NCBI GenBank assembly: GCA_030141605.1
Contig: JAQGDQ010000101.1
Span: 1 to 64,000 of the forward strand
DNA: 64,000 nucleotides
Origin: Tubiluchus corallicola
Taxonomy: Eukaryota > Animalia > Priapulida
Reading direction: 5' to 3'
The position numbers and the translations under genes are program-made. A model generated the notes under the pieces. That model had not been told where the DNA came from. It searched no databases and saw only the letters and a program-made list of their open reading frames with translations. Below, one piece after another: positions 1 through 13,472 of this stretch (its first letter is position 1; the number at the start of each line of letters is the position of its first letter).

Positions 1-123
1 ACATAGACATAGACATAGACATAGACAAAGACAAAGACAAAGACAAAGACAAAGACAAAGACAAAGACAAAGACAAAGACAAAGACAAAGACAAAGACAA
101 AGACAAAGACAAAAACAAAGACA
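1..123. repeat. (AGACAT)n/(AGACAA)n hexanucleotide microsatellite
   Basis: Read directly. Confidence 0.97.
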
Positions 124-1750
124 CGTTTATTGATCTCTTCTAAAGCACATTCACGTAAAATACACAACCGATTAAACATGTAAAATTTACAGAAAAGTAA
201 AGGGAAGAAACTGTATATCAAGAAATAATTAAGTGGGAGCAAGCAATAGAAGCGGTAGCAAAGACCATCAGGTCGTCGAGTCAGCTACTCTTCTTAAACT
301 AATAAAATAAAAACTATATGCGCTGCAAAACTACTAGAGAAACAACGAGTTATCTGTAAGAAAAATAATTTCACCAACAATAAAGAAGGAAAACACAATG
401 ATACAGTTAAAGGAAAACTATATAATAAATACTGAATAATTAGTCCTATATAACAATGACATATATACAACATTGCATATTTAATTTTATTTAGTGGTAT
501 TTCTAGTATTAGTAAACAATATGGTAGATATAAATTTTATAAACTTTTAACTTTTAAACATCTGCAGGTGAATCTTACGTTGTACGCCTTACTTGAATAT
601 GTAAGTAAATATCATTTTATTTGTCCTCACTGAGGTCCTTGGACACATGAGCATAGGAATACTTCTTAGTGACAAGTACAATTAATAAAAAACCACAATA
701 GTTAATAAAACGTTAGAGGGCGTTTTACGTGATCCCTTTAATATCTTCCGGTAACTAAAAAAGCCAAAAACGGCCAGTTAACACGAACTTGTCAGATTAT
801 GTTTAGCTAGAAAACAAGGAATTATACTAGAAATCACAGAATGTCAAAAATCGCTAAACTACTATTATTGAAATATTACTGTTTACTGACTATACAAACA
901 CATTACAAGCAACAGTTTACAGCCGGGTTACAAAAAATTAGTCGAATTAATTTTTCAATATAAGCATCAATTTTATTTGTCTCTTTACAAGCCATACATT
1001 TGAAAGTTGATGTTTGTAAATATGTAACTAATGTGTTGAGTGCCAGGACATGCAGTTAATGTTATACACCTCGGTTTGAACCACGCTATAATGATCCTCC
1101 GGCGGTATCCGACTTCATCCTCTCCTACCCAGTTTCTGTCCAGCATATAAATGTAAGGCAATCTATGTACAACGTACGTTTAGCTATTATTACTAATAAG
1201 TTGTCCTGATTGTCAATAAATTTGTAAATACACCTGGACAGGTCGACACACATGCAGTGAATAGGTTACTTCAGCAATCAATCGCTGCTTCCTTTCCGTC
1301 AGGTAGACCTAAAAGGTGCTTAATGCAAAATCATAAGCAACATTATAACGTATTATCTGCACTTAACATTGCATGCCGAGTGCATCGTGAACGTTTTTAC
1401 ATTGTCCAACTTTTTTATGATATCTTTACGCATATTTTGTTATGATGTACGTGTAATAAATGCCGTGGTACATCATAACCTAATGTATTACATACGAGAT
1501 GTTTTGAAGTTTCGTTGCCTTCATAACAAACAGAGCTTTGAACACGGTAGCAAAAGGATACACGCTGATTACTGATACACTGAATAGGAACACATAATAA
1601 ATTTATAAATAAAGAAGAAATAGTAGTGTCTGTTACAGGAAATCTATGAAACTAGGTTATATTGACATGGAAATTTATAATAAAATTTATCATATAATAT
1701 GTAACAATAACAATAATTATCCAAATAAATTTATACAGGCACTCACAGCA

Positions 1751-2183
<433 letters not shown>

Positions 2184-2491
2184 CAATAATTATAAATAGT
2201 GTAAAAACTCACACCGGACACGAAGACATTCTAATGATGTAACTGACCTGGCACCCCTGTTACTGAAGACTAATCTAGAAGTCAGTGACGTCGGTGTTAT
2301 AGGATGCGCATAATTACTCCTGTACATGTAAGCACATTTAACCATTGAATGCAATTTGTGTATTATGTTCCTCCTTCTGGTTAATGTGGACAAGTTCAAT
2401 GCAGTTCCAGTTCGACGATGTCTGTCAGCGTGGGAGACTAGGCTTTAATTCATACGGTAGGCCTACGCGTCTGCCATCTAGTAATATAGTA

Positions 2492-2700
2492 AAGTGGCGT
2501 CCATGTAGCATCCGGAATTTCTTATGCATTTATGGGAATGCAGAATAGAGAAAACCGGTTTATATTGTTTTCAATGCACCCGTTTATCAGACCTGGGTTA
2601 TGCGTTATTGTTTTCTGCAGTTATTCCTATTGATTTTTTATTCCGCTATTCCGCAGGTGGATAACGCATACGCATTCCGGATGCTAGTTAAGCGCCACGT
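2492..2700. mobile_element. MITE family A, copy 1 (about 210 bp)
   Basis: Terminal inverted repeats GTGGCG..TAGCATCCGGAAT / ATTCCGGATGCTA..CGCCAC; body aligns with 3669-3888 and 38205-38309. Confidence 0.8.
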
Positions 2701-3668
2701 AATACGTACGAAATTGTTTACGTATTTGCAACTATGTAGGAGCACATAGGCATTGAAGTCTCTATTTAGTTCGTTGACAATGTCATCGCTTGCTGAACCC
2801 GCTACAAACAGTTAGATCACAAGAATTATAGACAACAGCATCATCAATGGTATCGAAAGTGAGGAATATAAAGAAATCAAGCATGAATATTGTATACCTT
2901 AGTGCACAAATTATGTATAACGTAATCAAAAACTCTTTCTGTTTTTTTAATCATTAAGGATTTCCTTTTGCTGTTAATACACTTCTGTAACTTCAAACAA
3001 GTAGGAGATACTAAACGTAGATGCTAAAAAGTAACTTTTATTGCATTTTGTGTATTGCTTTTTTAATGATCTGTCTTGTGTACTGTTTCATTTTAGTCAT
3101 GTAAATATTTTAGTAGTTTCTATTGTAATTTTATAGTATAGCTGAGTCCTTTTTTTGTATAATGCTATATGCTTTTAAATGTACGAAATGAATTTAGAAT
3201 AAAAAATAATGGGTTTTCGAAGCTATATCAAGCTTTTGTCAAAGGAAAACATTTGCGCCACAGACCTTGACCGTTCCAGACTTGCAGCCATCTCAACACG
3301 CAACAAGCTAAACTAAAACAAGCAAGTTCATTTAGTGCATTAAACCGGGAAAACCCGCTTATCGCCACGACGTTGCTGACCTTGACCATCCGTAAGCGCC
3401 TTATAATGCTACTTAGTTTAAATGGAAGACTCGTGTTTTTCTTTTTATCAATGACGGCAGAGATATGAGAGGCCCTGTATAACAAAGCAGCTTCATCAAG
3501 CATGCAGGAACGACTCGCGTCAGCTAATATAACAGAACACAATGTACCAGTATATACTTTTAACTGGTTGTGCATACCTGTTCAAAAAATTTAAATTGGG
3601 GGAGTCCATTGGAGACATGTAAGAGTTTATATTTTAAAGTAACTGGTCGTAAAAAGTAAAAGCGACTT

Positions 3669-3888
3669 AAGTAACGTTTACCTGGCATCCGGAATGCGTA
3701 GGCGTTATGGGGGTGCGGAATAGATAAAATCAGTTTATATTGTTTTCAATGCACTCGTTTATCAGACCTGCGTTGTGCGTTATTTTTTTCCTGCAGTTAT
3801 TTCCTACTGACTTTTTATTCCGCAGCTATTCCGCAGATTGATAACTCAGATTGCATACGCATTCATGACCGATAGGTAAACGCCATTT
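3669..3888. mobile_element. MITE family A, copy 2
   Basis: Ends AAGTAACGTTTACCT / AGGTAAACGCCATTT; shared core GTTTATATTGTTTTCAATGCAC..GTTTATCAGACCTG. Confidence 0.8.
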
Positions 3889-4210
3889 TATTATGCGGCT
3901 CTAGCAAGAACCAGTTATTTTTAAAAGTGACCGGATACATGATCTCAGTGGGCTTTTGCACCATTCCATTGTTAAAAATAAAATAGTTTTGGCAAACGAA
4001 CTCTACGTACAACATAAAAATTTATTTTTGTTGTTATTGGTCTCGTATCGCAAACGTTATATGAGAGCGGAGGCTGGGGGCTATATAAAACAGGTAAATA
4101 AATACATGATAGAACCAGGCTCTAGGAACTAACATGCTGTTTATTAGCGCAGACGATCGTGTCGACAGCAACTGTCATTTTCAATGCTAGAAATCAAACC
4201 AAAACAAATA

Positions 4211-4366
4211 ATCAGTGCAATTATGACACTACTAACCAAGGCAAGTATGTAGACTTTGCTTGTTGTTTGGCGAATTTCAGACTACTTGATTTTCACTCTT
4301 GTGATTGTCTAATGATATACGGTAATTTATTCTAAGCCTTGGTTAGTAGAGTCAGAATTTACTGAT
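4211..4366. mobile_element. Small foldback/MITE with about 31-bp inverted ends
   Basis: ATCAGTGCAATTATGACACTACTAACCAAGGC versus GCCTTGGTTAGTAGAGTCAGAATTTACTGAT. Confidence 0.6.
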
Positions 4367-5926
4367 GATCTTTACTAAAGCTAACGAAGAAGTAGTTTTC
4401 CTCTCCTATAATAATACAAAACACTATACTTTCTTATTTTTACTCCACCTGAAGCTCATTGTCGGATATTTGTCAGTGTATGACGTATTAGCCCATTTTA
4501 TCGCTGTTATCGGTATTAGTATTATTAATATTCCAATTTTTGCTTCAAAAATATGTTAGCATTTCGATTCAGGACAATGTATCTTCAGTGCATCAGAGTA
4601 AAACTTCTTTCTGACTGCTACAGCGTTGCGACCATACTTCATTGGCTTCATGTGGAAACTGATGTAAATTTGGAAACTTGATGTAAATTTGATGAAATAC
4701 TAATCAATTGGTGTTGGTAAAATAAACGCTACTGTAATGTTAATCCGCTGAAGGCAAAGTTTCACGATCTTTTCTAAATATTGTGATCAAATGCATAAAA
4801 GCTGTCAGCTGAGAACTAATTATTTGTCACTGCAATGATTTATTGGTGAGTTGTTAAACTGAGCACAGCAAATTTAATTAAGCAACGCAACAGTTAAACA
4901 TTTAACGTTATATAATTGAAAATAAAACGAGAATTTGGCAATGTAAGATAAAGTATAATGTTACATATAACTATAGACCGTTCACACGTTATAATTAATA
5001 CTTAGAATGCTGTACAGTACAGTATAAGCAAAGCTGCTTTAACATTATTTCTTTTTTTAATACTTTACCGGCTTCATTGTTAATGAAAATGAACTAGTAT
5101 TTTTTGTTGTATTCTGGCTTCACCGTCAACACAAATTTAGCAAATTACTAGCAATTAGTGAAACTTAATGAACGACTTGAATTACTGCTTGATTTCAGTA
5201 ACTTGGAAGATGAATGCACGATCGATATTAGAAATTTTTAGATCGTCTAAATCATAAACATAAAGCGCATTTTTATGTTAAACGACATTATTACTAAAAT
5301 GAGAAAAACGTTTGTAAATGGGACACCGACCGCAGATACCTATAAAAAAGGACTTCACGTACGCGTAATGGGTGATGCGTATAAACTTTTTTAAAGCCGC
5401 TATGCGCATGCGCAGTTGCTGTAGGTCAAAGGTTAACAGAACCCAGTCCGTCTTCCTTAACTACAACGGACACGTTATCTTATGCAAATAACTACTTGTA
5501 GATGAAGGGTGAAACACTTGGTTATTTTAATTATAATACTACACGGGTATAGTTGTAAACTAACATGTTACTCTTATCCGAAAACAGCTAGCAATGTAGC
5601 AGCAGTAAATGATGCAAAAATTAACGCCAAGAACTGTTTTACTATTACAACGGCATGGGCCTCGAGGCATTGTCAGGTGTAGGCAAATGCGTTGTTTCAG
5701 ATAAGGTTGTTAGGTTCACTTAACCTTTGACCTTTTTGCGATCATCATCAATCGCTAGAACAGTGAAAAGACTTACTGACTGTTTTTATGTGTTCATGAA
5801 CGCTATGTGTAAAAAAAACTCACAGCGTTGTTTCCGCCATTTGCGGTGGCCGTTCATGAAAGTAGAAAGCAATAAATTTTGGAAGCCATGCCTCTGTCGA
5901 AATTTCAACGCGACAGTGATCAAGAA

Positions 5927-6135
5927 ATGACTACAGAAGCGGCATTAGTTATGGCATGGAAAAGAAGACATCGGTTTTGAGCGCATAACACTTTTGCAGG
6001 AAACTGAACAATATGTCGCCTATTGCCACTTAGTGAAAGATCTGCAACTATATACAGAGCAACAAAATCATTTCTTCCATCTCTCAAAAACTCATTTGGA
6101 ACAAATATTATTATGTGTAGATCCTGAAGTGATCG
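5927..6135 (+). pseudogene. Degenerate N-terminal fragment of a PIF/Harbinger transposase
   Basis: KRRHRF*AHN followed after a frameshift by QETEQYVAYCHLVKDLQLYTEQQNHFFHLSKTHLEQILLCVDP; resembles the RRxWVH...GEFHxLxxEL...FxxYFRL...FxxLLxxVxP N-terminus of Harbinger transposases. Confidence 0.6.
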
Positions 6136-6261
6136 CAACTCCTTTGATCACTAACCCAAACAGTGGTCACCATAAACTTGAAAAATCGCTAACCACCCAA
6201 GCAAGAACGGCCTAACGTCCCCAGCCGCTGCCAATATATACCGGATCACGGAATGTGCGTT

Positions 6262-7001
6262 AGACCCAATTCACAGTGGGGAGTGAGGACGCAGAGAAAA
6301 ATGACGCGCGTAATTGCTGTTAGAAAATCACAAAAAATGTCTGAAAATTTACGATTTTCTGGAGCAAGAAAGTTCATTTAACAATGAACCGTGATGTTTT
6401 ATTCCACGCGTCCAGTTGGCTGCAGCTACTTTGAGAGTTTTATACTGCATAACCAATTTAAACATGTCTAAATTAAGTCATAGTTGCCATATTTTTCATA
6501 CACAAGAGTACAGTTAATAATGTTAGTTAATGTAATGACATGTTTGTTTTTTTTAGTAAAGCTCTACTAACCGCTTCAATATCTGACAATATACATATAT
6601 AAAATAAATATATACGTGCGTTCTTTTTGTTTTTCACGAATATAGCCATCGATGTTGCAGAAATAAAGCACAAAATCATCAGTCTGTTAAAAGAGAGGTT
6701 AAATTTTAGAATTTTAAGCTGAAATGTGTTAATTATTGTTCGTTAAATAATTCCGGGAGGATGCTTCACGAAAATGGAACATGCAGTATTTCTACCATGC
6801 GGAAAAATTCTTCACGAGGAGGGTGCATAGTTTCTAGCCGACAACAGAATTTCTCACAATGAACCGCACAGGGAATTTTGCTCTGCGTCCTCAACTGTGA
6901 AATGTGCCATAAAAAACAATGTGTTCCATTTTCGTGAGGAATGCCGCAAAGAATTTCTTCTCGAGACATTTGGCTGTGCGTCCTCACTTTGAAATAGGCC
7001 T
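6262..7001. mobile_element. Non-autonomous DNA transposon remnant (Harbinger-like ends)
   Basis: AGACCCAATTCACAGTG..GTGAGGACGCAGAG versus CTGTGCGTCCTCACTTTGAAATAGGCCT; internal inverted pair CACGAAAATGGAACA / TGTTCCATTTTCGTG. Confidence 0.55.
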
Positions 7002-7353
7002 TTACACACGTGAAAATACAACCACGTGTTTAAATGCAAACTGTTGAATACCCATTACGTGTCACTTAACACGCATCAAGCATTACGCACATGAGCTCCT
7101 ACTTTTAAAGATATGTGTGTAAGCAGTTTTCTTATTGGTTGCCCAGATAATGCGTTAATGTAAACTGTCCCGCGGGTTACACCGTTGCTATCTTGTACCG
7201 AGAAAATTGCGAAGCGTTAAAACAAGGTAGCACTCTGTGGCAGCCATTAAACAGCTTTTATGGAGCTCAGTTGAAAGTTATTACTGTAATTAGTGTACTT
7301 AGTTTATAGCAGCACGTACCGTTTTAAACGCTGCACCTCGAGTGTTTCTTTAA

Positions 7354-7962
7354 AGGAAAACAGGGTGATTTTTCACATCCTAGCCCATTTTGAAGTACGG
7401 TAAATAGTATACTTATTAACCTTTATAATTATACCAAAGCGTTCCCGATAGTTAAACAATAAGCTAAAAAACTTAATAAACTACCGGGTGCTCAGTGATA
7501 CGGGTCACAAATGTATGTACTTTCAACAGCACAAAATTACACGAGCGCCATAAATCTTAAGACTCAATGTTAAGGTGACAAATGAATATACTTTCAACAG
7601 CACAATTATTCCACAATTGCGTTCCACGTATTTGCGAAAGCAAAAATTGAAGTATTATGCAAATTGAAGCTCAGTAAATTTTAAGTTTTAAATTCAAATT
7701 TCGGGTTTACCATTGTGTACCAAGTACTACGTCACCACTGAACATCTCTGAACTGACAAGTACAGCACCTGCTTTTGTGCACTCGTTTCCGGGACACATG
7801 GCACTAGTACCCAGTGAAGGACTACCCTTTTCTGTGGTTTCTGTGGGTAATAATTTTTGTGGTAATAATTCTTTTCACTTAAGTCATTTTTGATCTTTCC
7901 TTTCAATATTTTACAAGGCAGATTGTTTTGAAGTATAGTTTAAAACTGACCCCAGTTTTCCT
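7354..7962. mobile_element. Kolobok-like non-autonomous DNA transposon
   Basis: TTAA|AGGAAAACAGGGTGATTTT ... AAAACTGACCCCAGTTTTCCT|TTAA: inverted ends starting AGG with a TTAA duplication. Confidence 0.7.
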
Positions 7963-8348
7963 TTAAATAATTGATGACTGAATCACAAGCGCGTGCATCA
8001 TTATCGCAAAAAGCTTCAGAGCAACAAGACCATAATAAGAATTTCCTATCGGAATGACAATGTCAATAACCATACAGCCATAAAACTGTTGTTTAAAGGC
8101 AAAGCTCGTGACTTCTGGAGTGATACCACATTTAACAGAAATACTTGGGTTTTCAAAACGAAACTATGGTTCTCCGAGGAAAACCCACGATTCCTAAGTA
8201 AAACCATGGTTTCAATTGATTTGTCATAATATTACATCTCATCGGCAGCAGGAAATATACAAAATAAAACATTTAGATAAATCAGCACCAGATCAAAAGT
8301 TGCGGGATCCATATCCACATCGCCGTAGTAAACCACGCAAGAGCGACT

Positions 8349-9719
8349 TCACAATCTGGCAATAGCTGGTATATTAACTGCTGATGTATAACTATAACTT
8401 GACGCACTATTCGTTGAATAAGCAGCCATTCTTTGCCTATATCTACCATAGAAATAACTACTGACCCTACCTGGGCAACAGATGCAAATTGTTTTATAGT
8501 ACGCCCTTCTGAAATCTCTGCTGCTTAGTGAGTATATTATAGGGTTGATACCTGAATTACAGTACCCCAACCACGCGAACACAGGAAACACAATGTCTGG
8601 TCGAACAATGCACCACGTGCAAATGGCGGAAAGAACGTTGGTGATGAAGAATGGCAGCCAGCAGAGGACAAAGCAACCCATTACAATCCCTAGAGTTCTG
8701 GCAGCCTTTTGTTCTTTGGCCACTTTATGTAGTGTCTTGCTAAGCGAAAATTGTTTTAGTCGTTGCGGCACGGTTAGGAGATGACCGTTTCGGGGAGTGG
8801 TGGGCGGTGACGTCTTAAGAGGAGTCTTGTCTAAGTGAGTCATTTCGAGATGAGTAGAGGAAGTTGAGTTTTGCAACGCTGTCCGGGTTGACCGTTCTGG
8901 AAGGGGAGTGCCTCCGCGGTGAATCCTCAATGACACTTCCGAACCTGAGTTTTCATTCATTGGCATCCGTTTCGTTCCAGTTTTAAGGCATTTCATTTGC
9001 TCTGTGGCCGCCTTGTAGATTTTCCAGTAGGCAAACAGCATGATGGTGAGTGGAATATAGAATGACACTAAAGAAGAGAAGATCAGATAACTTTGATCTT
9101 CTGTAAAAAGACACAGATATTTGGATGATTCAATTGAATCAATGGTATTCCTCCACCAGATTATCGCAGGAAATGATATACTGGCAGAACATAACCACAC
9201 CAGAGTTATCAACATGAAAGATCTTGCCGTAGACATGCGGCTAGGATAAGATATTGGGTCGTTTATTGCCCAATACCTATCCAGAGAGATGACACAGAGA
9301 TTCAGAATAGAAGCAGTGCTACCAAGCACATCAAACGAGTGCCACAAGTCGCACCAGTCCAAACCAAATAGCCAAACGTTTCGAGTCATTTCGTGAACGG
9401 CTGCAAAGGGCATGACGATGGCTCCTTGAAGGAGGTCAGCAGTGGCTAAGGAGACGATAAAGTAATTCGTCACACTTCGTAGATAACTTTCCCGGGCTAC
9501 TGATATGACTACCAGCAGGTTACCGAATATTGTGAAGATGCAAAAGAAGGCCAGTAGTAGCCCTAAGAATGGATGTCTAAACTCTATCACTATAAGTTCA
9601 GTTGATGTTGCATTATCTATGCGGTAATGGGTAACGTTGTCTTCGACACTGACTGTGTTCGGTGGGAGAAAGCTACCCACGGTCCACGATTTCTCAGCAA
9701 ACATGGAATTCCTCGACAT
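8349..9719 (-). CDS. Dop1R2: Invertebrate-type D1-like dopamine receptor (Dop1R2/DAMB/INDR family), class A GPCR, 456 aa, single coding exon
   Basis: Seven hydrophobic segments with aminergic motifs: TNYFIVSLATAD (TM2), WCDLWHSFDVLGSTASILNLCVISLDRYWAI (TM3 Asp and DRY), FSSLVSFYIP (TM5 catechol-binding serines), LRIHRGG in loop 3, KEQKAARTLGIVMG, CWLPFF, WLGYCNSGINPIIY. A splice acceptor (ttttctag) lies 25 nt upstream of the ATG, with the exon starting at 9744. Confidence 0.93.
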   Translation of the reverse strand: MSRNSMFAEKSWTVGSFLPPNTVSVEDNVTHYRIDNATSTELIVIEFRHPFLGLLLAFFCIFTIFGNLLVVISVARESYLRSVTNYFIVSLATADLLQGAIVMPFAAVHEMTRNVWLFGLDWCDLWHSFDVLGSTASILNLCVISLDRYWAINDPISYPSRMSTARSFMLITLVWLCSASISFPAIIWWRNTIDSIESSKYLCLFTEDQSYLIFSSLVSFYIPLTIMLFAYWKIYKAATEQMKCLKTGTKRMPMNENSGSEVSLRIHRGGTPLPERSTRTALQNSTSSTHLEMTHLDKTPLKTSPPTTPRNGHLLTVPQRLKQFSLSKTLHKVAKEQKAARTLGIVMGCFVLCWLPFFITNVLSAICTWCIVRPDIVFPVFAWLGYCNSGINPIIYSLSSRDFRRAYYKTICICCPGRVSSYFYGRYRQRMAAYSTNSASSYSYTSAVNIPAIARL

Positions 9720-9722
9720 CCT

Positions 9723-9734
9723 TTACAGCTTCAT
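9723..9734 (-). promoter_or_regulatory. 3-codon upstream ORF (M-K-L-stop) in frame with the dopamine receptor start, ending 3 nt before it
   Basis: Minus strand reads ctag|gaataaaatt ATG AAG CTG TAA AGG ATG TCG. Confidence 0.6.
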
Positions 9735-12700
9735 AATTTTATTCCTAGAAAAAAGAAAACAGGTGAGATAAATTTAAAAATTGGCATTGACTGCTGCTTC
9801 TGCTAGTACATGCAAGCGCTACGACAGTCGCAGTATCATTACCACATAACTGTCATTACCACTATCTCTGTCACTAGCTGCAAGCCTGATAGTGCAAAGC
9901 TCCTCAATGTCTCAAGCATTGCACGATACCTCAAGAAAAAGTTTACATGTTAAACTTTTTGTTATTAATAAAATAGCACGTAAAATTTATTCAGGTTGAC
10001 ATGAATGTTCAACTTATGTATTTATCGCGCTATATCCTCGTCGGATTTGAAATTCATTGTATATTATTATACTGCGCTCGGTGAGGTGGCGAAATGCTTT
10101 CAGCAATACATTGGAAAAAAACAGATAGATCGATGGACTGATGGTCGGATGCATGGATACTTATTTAGCTATCTATATGTATTGCTCAAGTTTTATGTCA
10201 TGCAGCAAGCGTAATATAATAACTAAAATGAATTTTAAATCTCCAAGAACATACTGTAATCAGTACATAAAGTAGAAATTCTTGTGTAGTTTGGTGCGCC
10301 ATTTTACTAATCAAAGAATAACGCAGCTTGATACCTGTACCTCTCCTTGGGTCATTGTTAGTGTACTTAACTCAGCCTGTGCACTACGCGCCTTTGTGAA
10401 ACCCGCATGCTTTGAATTATGCGCGAGATTTTTGACTGAACGCAAGTTTCACTGACAATGACAATTACATTGTCCACCTTACGGACGGACGAGATGGTCG
10501 AACAGGCTGGCAAACAGACACACAAACAAACAACCAGACAGGTAAGTAGGTAAACTAGACAGATAACATGTTATTAGCCAAAAAATAATAAGGTAGTTTT
10601 CCAACTTCTATTGAGTTAAGCACACAATATATTATACATGTGTAGTACTGCAAGTACATAATCACATTACAATATATGGTTTGCAGGATAATCAGAGTTC
10701 ACTGTAAGTGTTATACTTATCAATAATATTGAGCGTAGTAGACGGAATAATCTAACAGAAATTAATGTAATTAATTAATTGATTAGATTATGACTGTGAG
10801 TGCCAGTGTTTATAATGGTTTATTGATTACGCGTTAGGTAATAATTGTAAAAAAACAAACTACAATGGTTTATAAACACTGGTAATCAGTCAGAATTTAA
10901 ATAATTAATGATATTGTTAGGTGCCAGCTAATTTGGAAAATTCATGTAAATTGACAACTTTTTTTCATGGAGGGTGAATCTTTCTTGAGAGTTCAAGTTA
11001 AATCTAGAGCCTGCAAGCAGAGAAAAACCGATATTAATTATATTTTACTAAGCTAAATTTCTTGTCGCACGTGTCTAGGCCTACACTGTACCACTACCAC
11101 ACACACAACAACTGCAAAATCAATTCTTTGCCGTTAATTTGACGAATGCTTGCTCCCTTTTTAACAGCAAAAAATTCCTACAAATTTGCTAATAGAACAT
11201 CATTGTACAATGAAAATGCAGCATGTCATCTGACTTGCAAACACTGAGTCGCCGAAATTACTGAATCAATCTAAACGAAACAATCACAAGCAATTGATTA
11301 AAGAACTGCACAAGTAAAAAAGTACAGTTCCAGAAGACCAGTTTTTTCCGAGACGTTCTGTTCATTTTGATACCCACTGAGCAAGTTTCGATGCTCTTAA
11401 ATGTACATGTGCATGCAATCCCACGAGCATGCTGAATGTTTAATATGAATTTGAAAACCTCATTCTTAAATTTTAGTATTTGACGTATGTTCACATTCAC
11501 AGTATGCGACAGACTGGCGAATAGTGTGCTTCTGTATATAAGTGTAAACATATCAAAAATATTTTTGTGATGTTCTAAATAGCAATCTCATATGCATTCT
11601 CATTCATATCATTTCACTAATTCCCATCGCCTGCACTCTCCACTAACATTCCGTCGTTTTTTACCTTCCTTATTGCACCATAACTGTTGCACCACTAATT
11701 GCATTATAGCCGAACAAATAATACTTCTGACTATAATGCAAGCAACAATTTATATAGATATAGTGTCATGTCCATTTTATTGAAATATTAATGTAATTAT
11801 ATAAAATTCTGTGTTATCGTATCATGTTTTGTTATGTTCTATAGCTGCTTGGTGTAGTAATAAAAATAAAGAAAATGTCACTAAGAATGAGGTGTCTGTC
11901 TGATATTAGATTTACACCTTAATTGACACACTGTGTACACCAAGAGTAACAAATCTTTCAACGTAGGTTTTAACTGCAGCGACTTGACTGCAGCGACTTC
12001 GGTACAGTAGACAATATGGCACTTTGACCAATGACGTGCCTGAGCCTGACTTTCAGTTACACCAAACCAACAACGCCAGACTCACTTAACCGAAATTTAT
12101 AATTAACCAATGAAAAAATGTTCGGTCTGTCGGGACTGTTTAAAAGAACCATACAATAAAAGTCGTAGTATAAATCTCATACTGAAAAATAATATTTTTT
12201 ACAATTACAAAAAAGTGTAGAATTTTTCCTAATACTCGACACAACTATACCGCAGTCTTTGTAAGTGATAGATAACGATTTGAGTGATTTTATCTCTTAC
12301 TGCCACATTAAACCTGGCTTGTACTCCTGCTTCGTTTCGTTTTTCTCGTTTAATACGTAATCTTTTTAAAAATATTAAAAATATTTACAAAAAAAACAAA
12401 ATGTGAAAGCAGGATACATCACCCAGAATAAAATTTTGCTGACTAAAAGGGCTAAGTAAAAGATTACTGGTAACAGCACAAAGAGAAATTAGCAATACCA
12501 AGGCTACTTACAGGTGCCTGTTGGACTAAATTATGGACTAATAAGATTTACGTCTTTTAAATGTTTTTAAAATAGTTTGCTATCTGAGTACACATCAAGG
12601 AGGCACCGCCGACAGATTCAGTGACTTGATTCCAGATTATATTTTTTCTGTTTGAATAAAAGTTTTTAGAACAGTCAAGTCGATAATGAATAGGCTGTAA

Positions 12701-13332
12701 CTTCAAGCGGTGATCCCTCATTACATTAGATAAAGGTGTTTTGCTAAAAATGCATCTTTGTCTGTAACATTGTGTCTGCGTAGTATACTCTACTGATATT
12801 GCCTTAACTATTTTCAATGGAGTAAGTTGATTAAACATTTGAGCAAATTTAAGGCCATTAAATTGAACTATCTACTAATTACGAAATCGAAATAAAGTGC
12901 ACAAATAGGCGTAGCACTTCTCTTGACATTTTCGTTTGCAGAACACGCAAAGCGAATTTGAAAAGAAGAGAAGACGTTTGACAAACAAGATCGATAACGA
13001 TAGAGTTGATCAATTTTAGGGATCGATCCTGTCTTACTCTGACCACAATCAGTGGCTTCCACACAACATGACAATTATATTCGTTGCTGTCCGCCTTGTT
13101 AGTAATAAGATCATGTAAGACTTATTCAGTATGCATGGTCTACGATCTACAACATAAACCAATTATCTTTGATTTAGCGTGAACACGTTCGTGCATACTC
13201 TCTGTCGTGTTGTGAGACGTGAACAGTTCACCTTTTGCAGTGATTATGTCAATGTATTTGACATGAGCTACTTCGGCTCATAAATGCATTGCACGTCTTG
13301 CCAGTTATTATATTTATTTATATTGTATATTT

Positions 13333-13472
<140 letters not shown>

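Noticed and set aside
8349-8360. C-terminal ARL resembling a peroxisomal PTS1 signal
   Set aside because: The protein is a seven-transmembrane receptor, so PTS1 import does not apply.
8545-8784. Antisense ORFs over real exons (also 39428-39622, 43154-43354, 54347-54589, 62648-62888)
   Set aside because: Shadow ORFs of true coding sequence on the other strand.
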